27,641 nt of DNA. Source: an uncultured Gammaproteobacteria bacterium (GTDB taxonomy: Bacteria; Pseudomonadota; Gammaproteobacteria; JABCZS01). The position numbers were made by a program, and so were the translations under genes. Location: positions 1 to 27,641 of the forward strand of contig CAZPAA010000001.1 in the NCBI GenBank assembly GCA_964584425.1, given 5' to 3'. A model generated the notes under the pieces. It was not told where the DNA came from, searched no databases, and saw only the letters and a program-made list of their open reading frames with translations. Below, in pieces: positions 16,041 through 24,648 of the stretch (its first letter is position 1; every line of letters starts with the position of its first letter).

Positions 16041-18959
16041 ATGATTTTCCATAATAGCGTAAAAAGCCACAATTATTTAGGACGATGCAAGTTCCCCATC
16101 GCGCTCATGGTGATGCTGTGCCTTTTTCTGTGCACTTTCGGTGTTTTTGCACAAAGCAATACAAAATCTACTGCGGGAGGTCAATATGACCTTAACGATG
16201 CACGAATGGCCGATGTGTCGATTTTAAAACAAAACTTATCTGATGAAGTGACGCAACTTGAATACTTACAAAAACAAATGCTGCATCGTAATGCGCAAGA
16301 ACAAGCTTGGCTTGCTAATCCCAAACTTCCAGAATTGGCGCCCTCGTTAATTGATAAAACCACATTGCAATTGAGCCTTTCTGAAATTCAGCTTGAGAAA
16401 ATAAATATCGCGCTTTCGATGGTGACAGAAAATATTTCTAAGCTTAAAACAAATATTGGAGATCTGGAAAAACGGTTATTAAGTTTAACGCCAGGCGCGC
16501 AGGATGAAACACGGACTCAATATACCCAAGTAGAAACACGTCTTCTTCATGAAAAAGAAAAATTGAATTTAGAAGAATCCCGTTTGGTGACATTAACGGC
16601 TTTACAAGAAGTGATCCAGCAAATTATTGTATCTGATACGCTATGGCTTAAAACATTACATGATCTTGCGCGTAAAAATGATATTAACCAGCTGATGACT
16701 AAGCAGCTTGCAGTTGAAAATAAAATACAACAGCAACAACAACAATGGGAAGAAAAATTAGCTGCGGGTCGTGCAGCACTCGTCGAGTTGCCGCTGGAAG
16801 AACAGCAATCTAATAGCATTATTTTGCACGATCAAACGGTTGAAGCCGAAGAAAATATTCAATTACTGATGATACGCTTTAATTTAAGCCGGATCAGTAC
16901 TTATAGCTCAATATTAATGAACTATCCGTCTGAAGAAACGGATAAAGATCACATGCAAATGCATGAAAAATTAGACAGGCTATTAACCGAGTTGACCGCG
17001 ATTGATACTTTAATTGATGGTAAGCAAGTTTTGCTGAACAAACATCTGGAAGTGATTAATACGGCGTTTTCAAGTGGGGTGTTGAGCAAAACCTATCGGG
17101 ATGAGCAATTAAAGTTATTTAACGGTTTGATGCAAGCCTACAGTAAAGAAAAAGAAAATACGGCACAACTGCGAACAAGCATTGTTAATTTTCAGGAAAA
17201 ATTATTAGCCGGATATTTTGAGACTTGGTCTAACCGACAAGCACTGCCGCATACATTGTTTGAATGGAAAACTTCGGTAGAAAACTTATGGACATTGCCC
17301 ATATTAACATTTCATACCTTACAGGGATTAGTGGGGCAGGTGGGTGAGCACCTCTTGCAGGCTGACTTTTTGATGTGGATTAAAATTGTTTTATTCGAGG
17401 CGATTTGGTTATTTTTTGGCTTTCAAGTGTATCGTTACCTCAAACGTTATTTAAATATTGCACGTAGAGAAAAATCAAGATTTTCTGGAAGTACCACTTT
17501 GATTTTATCGCAATTACTGTATCGGAATATTATTGGCATCGTTGTGTTTGGCAGCATCATGGGCTTGTTACTCATGCTACAACTCTCACACAGCAGCTTA
17601 ATAGTGCCCATGGCTTTAGGTATTGTATGGTTTGCATTTAAATTTATTATCAGCATGGCGAGACTCTCATTATTTGAAAATATCTGGGATATTTCTGGCC
17701 AGGATGTGAAATTATACCGTGGTTTGCAGTGGACATTAGGCATCGGTGGATTTGTAACCGCGATGGCCGTGCTTGCGCATCAATTGCCCGTAGCGCCCCA
17801 GGTGGTTGCGATTTATGATCGCTTGTTTATGCTGGTATTGTTAGCTATTTCCTTCCCCTTATTGAAGCGTTGGCGGGTATTGCCTAATTTGATCGCGCCT
17901 TATGTGAGTCAAAAAGTATATGTGCAACGCGCGGTGTTTTTACTTGGATTTTTATTACCACTGACCATTTTCTCCAATGCCGTGATTGGATTGATTGGTT
18001 ATATTAATCTTGCCTGGGAAATGGGGATCGCTGAATTCAAACTGCTTTGCGTAGTGACACTCTGGTGGCTGATGCGCGGTATTTTAGGCGATTTTATGAA
18101 TCTTCTCTCAGAAGTGTGTATTCGTAAATTATCAAATGGTTGGGTTTGGACCGAAGCATTATTAAAACCTTTGCATAAAGTGCTTAATTTAGTCGTTTCC
18201 ATCGGCGCTATCGTCTTATTATTTTCACTCTATGATTGGAATCAAGAATCACTGGTCGCACAAAAAATTATGTCTTTGGGCCAGCATGAATTATTTACCT
18301 ATGGCGATATCAGCATCACTTTATTTAATATTATTCAGTTTATTATTTTAGTGATGATTATTCGCTGGGCTGCGCGCTGGAGTCGTGAATTTGCTTATCG
18401 GTGGTTGTATTCTGGTGCAAAAGATCCGGGGGTGCGTAACAGTTTATCGGTGTTTACCCAATATGCCACGGTGACGATTGGTGCCTTTATTATTTTGCGT
18501 GTTTTAGGGATAGATTTAACTACGTTAACCGTTGTTGCGGGTGCGTTAGCGGTCGGTATTGGTTTTGGTTTGCAAAGCATTGCCAATAATTTGGTGAGTG
18601 GGATTTTATTATTAATTGAGCGACCCATGCGTGCCGGGGATACGATTACTTTGGGGACTTATGAAGGGGAAGTCACGCATATTGGTATGCGCGCAACCAC
18701 CATTAAAAATTGGGATAATATGGAAGTCATTATTCCCAATTCAGAAACGGTGACAAAACCGCTGATTAACTGGACCCACCATGATACGATTGTACGGACA
18801 CAAATCAGTTTGCGGATTGGATTTAATGAGAATCCACATCAAGTCCAAGCGATTATTTATCAAGTGGTGACACGGCATCCTGCTGTCGTTTCGCAGCCGA
18901 AAGTAGAAATATTTTTATTGGAATTTTCAACGGACGCAATGGTGTTTGATATACGTTAG
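16041..18959 (+). CDS. Large MscS-family mechanosensitive channel (MscK-like architecture), ends at a premature TAG
   Basis: Long coiled-coil N-terminal region, many TM helices and MscS core ALAVGIGFGLQSIANNLVSGILLLIERPMRAGD...IGMRATTI...IIPNSE. The C-terminal domain is cut off at FDIR-stop. Confidence 0.88.
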   Translation: MIFHNSVKSHNYLGRCKFPIALMVMLCLFLCTFGVFAQSNTKSTAGGQYDLNDARMADVSILKQNLSDEVTQLEYLQKQMLHRNAQEQAWLANPKLPELAPSLIDKTTLQLSLSEIQLEKINIALSMVTENISKLKTNIGDLEKRLLSLTPGAQDETRTQYTQVETRLLHEKEKLNLEESRLVTLTALQEVIQQIIVSDTLWLKTLHDLARKNDINQLMTKQLAVENKIQQQQQQWEEKLAAGRAALVELPLEEQQSNSIILHDQTVEAEENIQLLMIRFNLSRISTYSSILMNYPSEETDKDHMQMHEKLDRLLTELTAIDTLIDGKQVLLNKHLEVINTAFSSGVLSKTYRDEQLKLFNGLMQAYSKEKENTAQLRTSIVNFQEKLLAGYFETWSNRQALPHTLFEWKTSVENLWTLPILTFHTLQGLVGQVGEHLLQADFLMWIKIVLFEAIWLFFGFQVYRYLKRYLNIARREKSRFSGSTTLILSQLLYRNIIGIVVFGSIMGLLLMLQLSHSSLIVPMALGIVWFAFKFIISMARLSLFENIWDISGQDVKLYRGLQWTLGIGGFVTAMAVLAHQLPVAPQVVAIYDRLFMLVLLAISFPLLKRWRVLPNLIAPYVSQKVYVQRAVFLLGFLLPLTIFSNAVIGLIGYINLAWEMGIAEFKLLCVVTLWWLMRGILGDFMNLLSEVCIRKLSNGWVWTEALLKPLHKVLNLVVSIGAIVLLFSLYDWNQESLVAQKIMSLGQHELFTYGDISITLFNIIQFIILVMIIRWAARWSREFAYRWLYSGAKDPGVRNSLSVFTQYATVTIGAFIILRVLGIDLTTLTVVAGALAVGIGFGLQSIANNLVSGILLLIERPMRAGDTITLGTYEGEVTHIGMRATTIKNWDNMEVIIPNSETVTKPLINWTHHDTIVRTQISLRIGFNENPHQVQAIIYQVVTRHPAVVSQPKVEIFLLEFSTDAMVFDIR

Positions 18960-19124
18960 TATATCGATTTGACATACTGTAATTCACGCCCGCAAGTGCG
19001 TTCAGAAATTTTATTTAATCTTTGGGACACCCTCAAGACCGCAGGCATTGATTTACCTTACCCAAGTCAAGAATTGGACTTATTACAAGCTAAGCAGCAA
19101 GCGCACTTAAACATTTATAAATAA
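18960..19124 (+). pseudogene. In-frame remnant of the MscS C-terminus after the TAG
   Basis: The same frame continues for 54 codons, YIDLTYCNSRPQVRSEILFNLWDTLKTAGIDLPYPSQELDL..., which includes the MscS terminal GI(E/D)xP(F/Y)PQ-type motif, to TAA 19122-19124. Confidence 0.8.
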
Positions 19125-20197
19125 CTGATCACAGTATCCACAAAAGTTTGGGTAGATACCGATTTGGTTTTATCGTCAGTTAAGTCGGCAGTCACAATAC
19201 CTTGCTTAAGCGTCGCTTGTATTGCCGCTTCAATTTGTTTAGCTGCTTCATCTAAGCCGAAAGAATAACGCAGCATCATCGCTGCGGATAAAATTTGTGC
19301 GCAAGGATTGGCAATGCCAAGACCTGCAATATCAGGTGCTGAGCCGCCTGAGGGTTCATATAAACCCTTTAAATCCAGATTTAAACTTGCAGAGGGAATT
19401 AAGCCTAACGATCCAGGTAGCGCGGCTGCAAGATCAGATAAAATATCGCCAAACATATTTTCAGTCACAATCACATCAAATTGTTTGGGATTAATCACCA
19501 GTTGCATTGCGCAATTATCGACTAACATATGGGTTAATTCGACGTCAGGATAACTTTTGGCAATTTCAGTGACGACTTCACGCCATAACTGCGAACTGGC
19601 TAAGACATTGGCTTTATCGACAGAGCAAAGACGTCTCGTGCGTGATTGAGCCACTTTAAAGGCGCTGTGTGCGATGCTTTTAATTTGATTTTCATCGTAA
19701 ACGCATTCATCGATGGCGATACGTTGTTTGTCTTTGGTGAGGTGTTCGTGATGACCAAAATAAATGCCGCCTAAAAGTTCGCGGAAAATAACCAAATCTA
19801 CACCCTCGCCGATAATAGAGGGTTTTAATGGGCAATTGGCTAGTAATTCGGGATAGATCTGAAAAGGGCGAATATTAATGTTGAACTTAAAATATTGACG
19901 TAACTTTAAGATGCTATTCACTTCACAGCCTTTCCATTTTGCTAAATGCTGCGCTGTGATCGGGCCGCCGACGGATCCGAATAAGATGGCATCTGATTCC
20001 TGACAAATGCTTAATGTTTCATCAGGGCAGTGGTTTTGATAAACATCATAAGCAGCGCCACCGATTAAAGCTTCTACATAAGTAAATGACTGCTGATATT
20101 GCTCAGCAATTACATTTAAAACACGTAAGGCCTGTTGCATGACCTCAGGGCCGATGCCATCGCCTGCTAAAATTGCAATTTGTCTATCAGTATGCAT
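19115..20197 (-). CDS. leuB: 3-isopropylmalate dehydrogenase
   Basis: GDGIGPEV, ILFGSVGGP, VDKANVL, NMFGDILSD and YEPSGGSAPDIAG motifs. Confidence 0.96.
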   Translation of the reverse strand: MHTDRQIAILAGDGIGPEVMQQALRVLNVIAEQYQQSFTYVEALIGGAAYDVYQNHCPDETLSICQESDAILFGSVGGPITAQHLAKWKGCEVNSILKLRQYFKFNINIRPFQIYPELLANCPLKPSIIGEGVDLVIFRELLGGIYFGHHEHLTKDKQRIAIDECVYDENQIKSIAHSAFKVAQSRTRRLCSVDKANVLASSQLWREVVTEIAKSYPDVELTHMLVDNCAMQLVINPKQFDVIVTENMFGDILSDLAAALPGSLGLIPSASLNLDLKGLYEPSGGSAPDIAGLGIANPCAQILSAAMMLRYSFGLDEAAKQIEAAIQATLKQGIVTADLTDDKTKSVSTQTFVDTVISYL

Positions 20198-20762
20198 AAC
20201 GGTCTTTTTTACTCCACGTTTCTATTTGTGCTTTATGTTCTAATAAATAATCTAAATGATCTAAACCATTCACTAAACAATATTGTGCAAAAGGATTAAT
20301 ATCAAATGTATAAGTTTTATCGGGTGCGGTAATGGTTTTTTCTGCAAGATTGATAGTGAGATGATAATGCCCATTTTGCGCTGCGCTTATCATATGTTCA
20401 ATAATATGCGCGGGTTGTTTAATCAATACCAGGCCGTTTTTTGCCGCGTTATTAAAAAATATATCCGCGAATGATTCCGCAATAATCGCATTAATTCCTG
20501 CATTTAACAGCGCCCAAACCGCATGTTCTCTCGAAGAACCACATCCAAAATTATCTTGCGTAAGTAAAATATTAGCGCCATTATATTTTTCTTGGTTAAA
20601 CACAAAATTGGGATCATTATCGCGCAAGCGGCGGAAAACATTTTCGCCATAACCTAACATACTGATACTGGTTAAATATTGTGCGGGAATAATTAAATCG
20701 GTATCGACATCGTTCATGGCTAAAGGAATGACTTTACCTGAAATTTGAATAATTTTTTCCAT
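20187..20762 (-). CDS. leuD: 3-isopropylmalate dehydratase small subunit
   Basis: DVDTDLIIPAQYL, NFGCGSSREHAVWAL and FADIFFNN motifs. ATG 20762 follows an AAGGA SD. Confidence 0.96.
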   Translation of the reverse strand: MEKIIQISGKVIPLAMNDVDTDLIIPAQYLTSISMLGYGENVFRRLRDNDPNFVFNQEKYNGANILLTQDNFGCGSSREHAVWALLNAGINAIIAESFADIFFNNAAKNGLVLIKQPAHIIEHMISAAQNGHYHLTINLAEKTITAPDKTYTFDINPFAQYCLVNGLDHLDYLLEHKAQIETWSKKDRYAY

Positions 20763-20771
20763 GCTCAATCC

Positions 20772-22172
20772 TTATAAATAATCAACTGGGGAAACAATTT
20801 TGCCTGCAATCGCGCTGGCAGCAACGGTTGCAGGTGAGGCTAAGTGTGTGCGACTGCCTGGTCCTTGACGTCCAACAAAATTACGATTGGAAGAAGACAA
20901 ACAGCGTTTTCCTTCAGGCACTTTATCATCATTCATGCCAATACAAAGCGAGCAGCCCGGCATTCTGAATATCGCACCGGCTTTTTCAAAAATTTTATCG
21001 AGACCTTCTTGTTTCACTTGGTTGAGCACGGCTTCAGATCCGGGCACGATAAAGAAGGTGACGTCTGAATTTACTTTTTGGCCATCGAGAATATTGGCGA
21101 CAATACGCATATCTTCAATCCGCGAATTTGTACAAGAGCCGACAAATGCCCAATCAATCAGCGTATTTGCAATAGGATCGCCTTCGTTTAATCCGACATA
21201 TTTTAATGCATGAGAAACGGCTTCTTGCATGCCAATTGGCATGTCGACTATTTTGGGAATCGTTTGATCGATTTCAATCGCTTGTGCTGGATTTGTGCCC
21301 CAGGTGACCATCGGATTTAATTGATCAATATCGATAAAGACTTCTTTATCGTAATGTGCGTCTTGATCGCTGGCTAAACTTTTCCAGTAATTGACCGCTT
21401 TTTCCCATTGATTATCTTTCGGCGCGTAGGGGCGTGATTTAATATAATTGAATGTGGTTTCATCCGGCGCAATGAGGCCTGCGCGTGCGCCACATTCAAT
21501 GCTCATATTGCAAATCGTCATGCGTTCTTCCATCGACATCTTGCGAATGGATTCACCGGTATATTCAATAATATGTCCATTAGCGCCGCCAATGCCGATA
21601 TTTGCAATCAATTTCATAATGATGTCTTTTGAATAAACACCAGGTTTTAATGAGCCTTTAAAAGTGACACGCATGGTTTTAGGTTTTTCTAGTAGCAAAC
21701 AGCCGCTGGCTAAGGCGTGACCGAGTTCAGATGAGCCGACGCCAAATGCGAGTGCACCAAAAGCACCATGGGTTGACGTATGAGAATCTCCGCAAATAAC
21801 TGTTAATCCAGGCTGAGTTGCGCCTAATTCAGGACCAATAATATGAACGATGCCTTGGTTTTGGCTTTCAAAATCATAGAGTTTGATCCCAAAATGTTTT
21901 GTATCTTCACGCAGGCGCTCGACTTGATTTTTTGCGCTATTGTCGTAAAAAACATGACGATCGACACGCGTGGGGACACTGTGATCAATCGTAGCAATAC
22001 AACGCTTTGGTTTATACACTGATAAATTGCGCTCTTTTAACATTTGAAAAGCTTGCGCAGAAGTGACTTCATGCAGCAACATCAGATCGATCGCAATAAT
22101 TGCAGGATGTCCTGCTTGTTCGGTAACCGTGTGATGTTCCCAAATTTTATCGATAATATTCTTGAAGCCCAT
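20772..22172 (-). CDS. leuC: 3-isopropylmalate dehydratase large subunit
   Basis: HEVTSAQAF, CGDSHTSTHGAFG, GSCTNSR, PGCSLC and SNRNFVGRQG motifs. Start moved to ATG 22172 (SD AAGGAG), giving 466 aa. Confidence 0.96.
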   Translation of the reverse strand: MGFKNIIDKIWEHHTVTEQAGHPAIIAIDLMLLHEVTSAQAFQMLKERNLSVYKPKRCIATIDHSVPTRVDRHVFYDNSAKNQVERLREDTKHFGIKLYDFESQNQGIVHIIGPELGATQPGLTVICGDSHTSTHGAFGALAFGVGSSELGHALASGCLLLEKPKTMRVTFKGSLKPGVYSKDIIMKLIANIGIGGANGHIIEYTGESIRKMSMEERMTICNMSIECGARAGLIAPDETTFNYIKSRPYAPKDNQWEKAVNYWKSLASDQDAHYDKEVFIDIDQLNPMVTWGTNPAQAIEIDQTIPKIVDMPIGMQEAVSHALKYVGLNEGDPIANTLIDWAFVGSCTNSRIEDMRIVANILDGQKVNSDVTFFIVPGSEAVLNQVKQEGLDKIFEKAGAIFRMPGCSLCIGMNDDKVPEGKRCLSSSNRNFVGRQGPGSRTHLASPATVAASAIAGKIVSPVDYL

Positions 22173-22182
22173 GTGTTTCTCC

Positions 22183-23772
22183 TTAAAGGGTAAAGTTGCG
22201 ATCGATATAGGCTTTATTGGCAGCATCAATCAGGGCTTTGAGGGCAGATATTTCAATGTCCTCATCTTCTGCAATGCCCACAAATGTTTTTTGATCGTCA
22301 GTTGAAATAATAATGGTGCTTTGGCTGACGGCGTTGATGTTTTTGCCTTTAGATTCGCTGTGATAGTTTTCAATGTTGATGGGCCCCATTTCCTTATGAA
22401 TGGCTTGCTCCAACGCTGACAAAGAGGAACCTGTTCCTTGATAATGAATTTTATGGTGTCCTTCATGGTTAAAAAACTTGCCTTGTAAATCTAAGAAATG
22501 TTCAGTGTGGGTTTTGCCATATTCAAAATTTGTAATTTGCATAGGTTTACGGTATTCAAGATAAGCACGAATCAATTCTTCATCAGTGACGCCTTTGCGA
22601 CGGTCATGATAATAATCTTTAATGGCTTGTGCGATGACTACCTTTTCATCGGGATCGCAGCGATACCCATGCGACTCGATAATATTTTTTGCATGATTAC
22701 TTCCACTTAATGGGCCGAATGTGAAAGTGATTTGGTTACCAATGACTTGGGGATCAAACGGCTGATATGCCAGCGGATTATTTAATATCGCATTGGTATG
22801 ACCACCGGAAGTATGGCGTGCGGCATTGAGTCCAACAATGGGTGAATGCGGTTGGCGGGGTAACATTTTTTCCGCGATAAAATTAGAAATTTTTTGTAAA
22901 AATATGGGATTGATATTGGTAAAAAATAACTGCGAAGGATCAACTTTATCACCAAATTGTTTGATATATATGATACATTGCTCAAGTGCCACATTCCCTG
23001 CGCGCTCGCCTACACCATTAATACAGCCTTCAATTTGCCGCGCTGGGCCTTCAAAAACTGCGTTCATGGTATTGTCTAGGGCCAAACCAAAATCATTATG
23101 ACAATGGGCAGACCAAATAACAGCTTCATTTGGAAATTCTTGTTGCATGATATCGGCATGACGTTGCATATTTTTTACGAAATAATGCTCACCTTCGTAT
23201 TTTGACGCGCCGCCAATGGTGTCTGGGCAATTGATAATGCGAGCGCCCGCCGCAATCGCCGCACGAATTAAATCGGTGACAAAATCAAAATTATTTTGCA
23301 TGCGAGAATAGCCTTCAGGGCTAAATTCAACTTCGTAGCCTTCTTTTGTGGCTAAAGAAATAATGTTATAAACGGTATCGATAATTTTTTGAGGTTGATT
23401 GGCCAGATCGCCAAGCGATGCCTGCATTAAATTGGGATCAACCGGGACATAAGTGTGCACGCGTGCGCAACCCAGTTGCAATGACGGCGCTAGCGCTTCC
23501 ATTGTTTTTATACATTGCTCTTCTCGCAGCTGACAAAGACCTGCAATATGCATCGCAGATTTTTTATCTGCCATCATTTCCGAGATGGTTTTGACAATGG
23601 TGAAATCTGTTTTTGCAGCCGCTGGAAAGCCTGCCTCTAATACATCAATATTGAGTTCATGAGCAAATTCAGCATATTGTAAATTATCTTCAAATGACAT
23701 CCCTGCACCTGGAGATTGTTGCCCATCTCTTAAGGTGGTATCAAAAATATAAACGCGCTCTTGGGTTTTCAT
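22183..23772 (-). CDS. leuA: 2-isopropylmalate synthase with C-terminal regulatory domain
   Basis: DTTLRDGQQSPG, HCHNDFGLA and GVGERAGN motifs. ATG 23772 follows GGAGG. Confidence 0.93.
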   Translation of the reverse strand: MKTQERVYIFDTTLRDGQQSPGAGMSFEDNLQYAEFAHELNIDVLEAGFPAAAKTDFTIVKTISEMMADKKSAMHIAGLCQLREEQCIKTMEALAPSLQLGCARVHTYVPVDPNLMQASLGDLANQPQKIIDTVYNIISLATKEGYEVEFSPEGYSRMQNNFDFVTDLIRAAIAAGARIINCPDTIGGASKYEGEHYFVKNMQRHADIMQQEFPNEAVIWSAHCHNDFGLALDNTMNAVFEGPARQIEGCINGVGERAGNVALEQCIIYIKQFGDKVDPSQLFFTNINPIFLQKISNFIAEKMLPRQPHSPIVGLNAARHTSGGHTNAILNNPLAYQPFDPQVIGNQITFTFGPLSGSNHAKNIIESHGYRCDPDEKVVIAQAIKDYYHDRRKGVTDEELIRAYLEYRKPMQITNFEYGKTHTEHFLDLQGKFFNHEGHHKIHYQGTGSSLSALEQAIHKEMGPINIENYHSESKGKNINAVSQSTIIISTDDQKTFVGIAEDEDIEISALKALIDAANKAYIDRNFTL

Positions 23773-23923
23773 AAGGGCCTCCACCTCAACATTCTAACAC
23801 TAAATTTTGATAGAACACACCAAGGATGCGGCGATAGGACCCAAAAGTATTATTTCAAAAAAGACTTGATATGCAAATCAACAATGTTTAAAATCAACTT
23901 TATGTAAATCATAAGAGGGATGA

Positions 23924-24418
23924 ATGATGAGCGCTTTGGCGTATTTTAATACATTGGACTATGTTAATATATTGGTTCAGGCAAATTTTTCACGGCAACA
24001 GGCCGAGGCATTGAATAAGGCACAAATAATGGCTATTAAAGCAGTGATCACACACGTTGCAACGCCGGCGGATTTGGATAATCTGCGTCTTGCTACTCAA
24101 AATGATCTTCAAAAACTTGATGCTGCATTAAGAGCAAAAATTCAGGAAGTTTATTCTGAGTTGAAGGCTGAGATTCAGGAAGTTCGTACTGAATTGAAAG
24201 CTGAGATTCAGGAAGTACATACTGAATTGAAGGCTGAGATTCAGGAATTACGCACTGAATTGAAAGCTGAGATCCAGGAGGTTCGCACCGAAATTCAACA
24301 AGTTGAACACAGACTACAAAAAGAAATACATAAAGCCATGTTGTATGGCATTGGTATTAATGTAAGCTTGATAAGTTTAGTGTTTGGGATCTCGACATTC
24401 ATTTTGTTGAATCATTAG
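23924..24418 (+). CDS. DUF1640/CCDC90-like coiled-coil protein with C-terminal membrane anchor
   Basis: N-terminal F(N/D)T...L..ANFSRQQAEAL head, AT..DL neck, 11-residue repeats (EIQEVRTELKA) and a hydrophobic C-terminal helix. Confidence 0.75.
   Translation: MMSALAYFNTLDYVNILVQANFSRQQAEALNKAQIMAIKAVITHVATPADLDNLRLATQNDLQKLDAALRAKIQEVYSELKAEIQEVRTELKAEIQEVHTELKAEIQELRTELKAEIQEVRTEIQQVEHRLQKEIHKAMLYGIGINVSLISLVFGISTFILLNH
24140..24292 (+). repeat. 33-bp tandem repeat (about 4.6 copies) within the coiled-coil gene
   Basis: Units begin at 24140, 24173, 24206, 24239 and 24272; consensus ATTCAGGAAGTTCGTACTGAATTGAA(A/G)GCTGAG. Confidence 0.95.
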
Positions 24419-24435
24419 GCCCAGGGATCCATTGC

Positions 24436-24464
24436 TTGACAAGTCTTCGGGGGCACGGTATATA
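24436..24464 (+). promoter_or_regulatory. Predicted promoter of the ilv operon
   Basis: Perfect TTGACA (24436-24441), 17-bp spacer, imperfect -10 TATATA, upstream of the leader ORF. Confidence 0.5.
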
Positions 24465-24492
24465 TGGGAATATTGTTAAAGTTTGGATTGAT

Positions 24493-24573
24493 ATGAAAAA
24501 AAGCTCCTTAAGTATTATTAACCTCATTATTGTGCTGGTGATTACCTGCGCGCCGTGGGGTCCTGGGAGATAA
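24493..24573 (+). CDS. ilv operon attenuator leader peptide (26 aa)
   Basis: MKKSSLSIINLIIVLVITCAPWGPGR; 10 of residues 6-17 are Ile (5), Leu (3) or Val (2). Followed by an intrinsic terminator. Confidence 0.88.
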   Translation: MKKSSLSIINLIIVLVITCAPWGPGR

Positions 24574-24591
24574 GTAAGAAACTAAAACCAG

Positions 24592-24622
24592 AAAAGCCCA
24601 CGTAAAAGTGGGCTTTTTTTTT
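24592..24622 (+). terminator. Attenuator terminator of the ilv leader
   Basis: AAAAGCCCAC-GTAAAA-GTGGGCTTTT followed by further Ts (9-T run). Leader CGTGGG (24554-24559) can pair with CCCACG (24597-24602) as an antiterminator. Confidence 0.9.
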
Positions 24623-24648
24623 AAGTTGTCATTTTAAAGAGAGGCATC

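Noticed and set aside
16732-16746. Short CAA/CAG poly-Gln run in the MscS-family gene as a contingency locus
   Set aside because: Only five mixed codons within a coiled coil; too short to imply phase variation.
23850-23912. Minus-strand 20-aa ORF (MIYIKLILNIVDLHIKSFLK) as a leu attenuator leader
   Set aside because: No SD and no hairpin plus U-tract before leuA. Ile/Leu enrichment is expected in AT-rich frames, and a TAGAAT -10-like box lies directly before leuA.
24140-24292. 33-bp repeats as a CRISPR array
   Set aside because: Head-to-tail repeats with no spacers, in frame inside a CDS; no cas genes.
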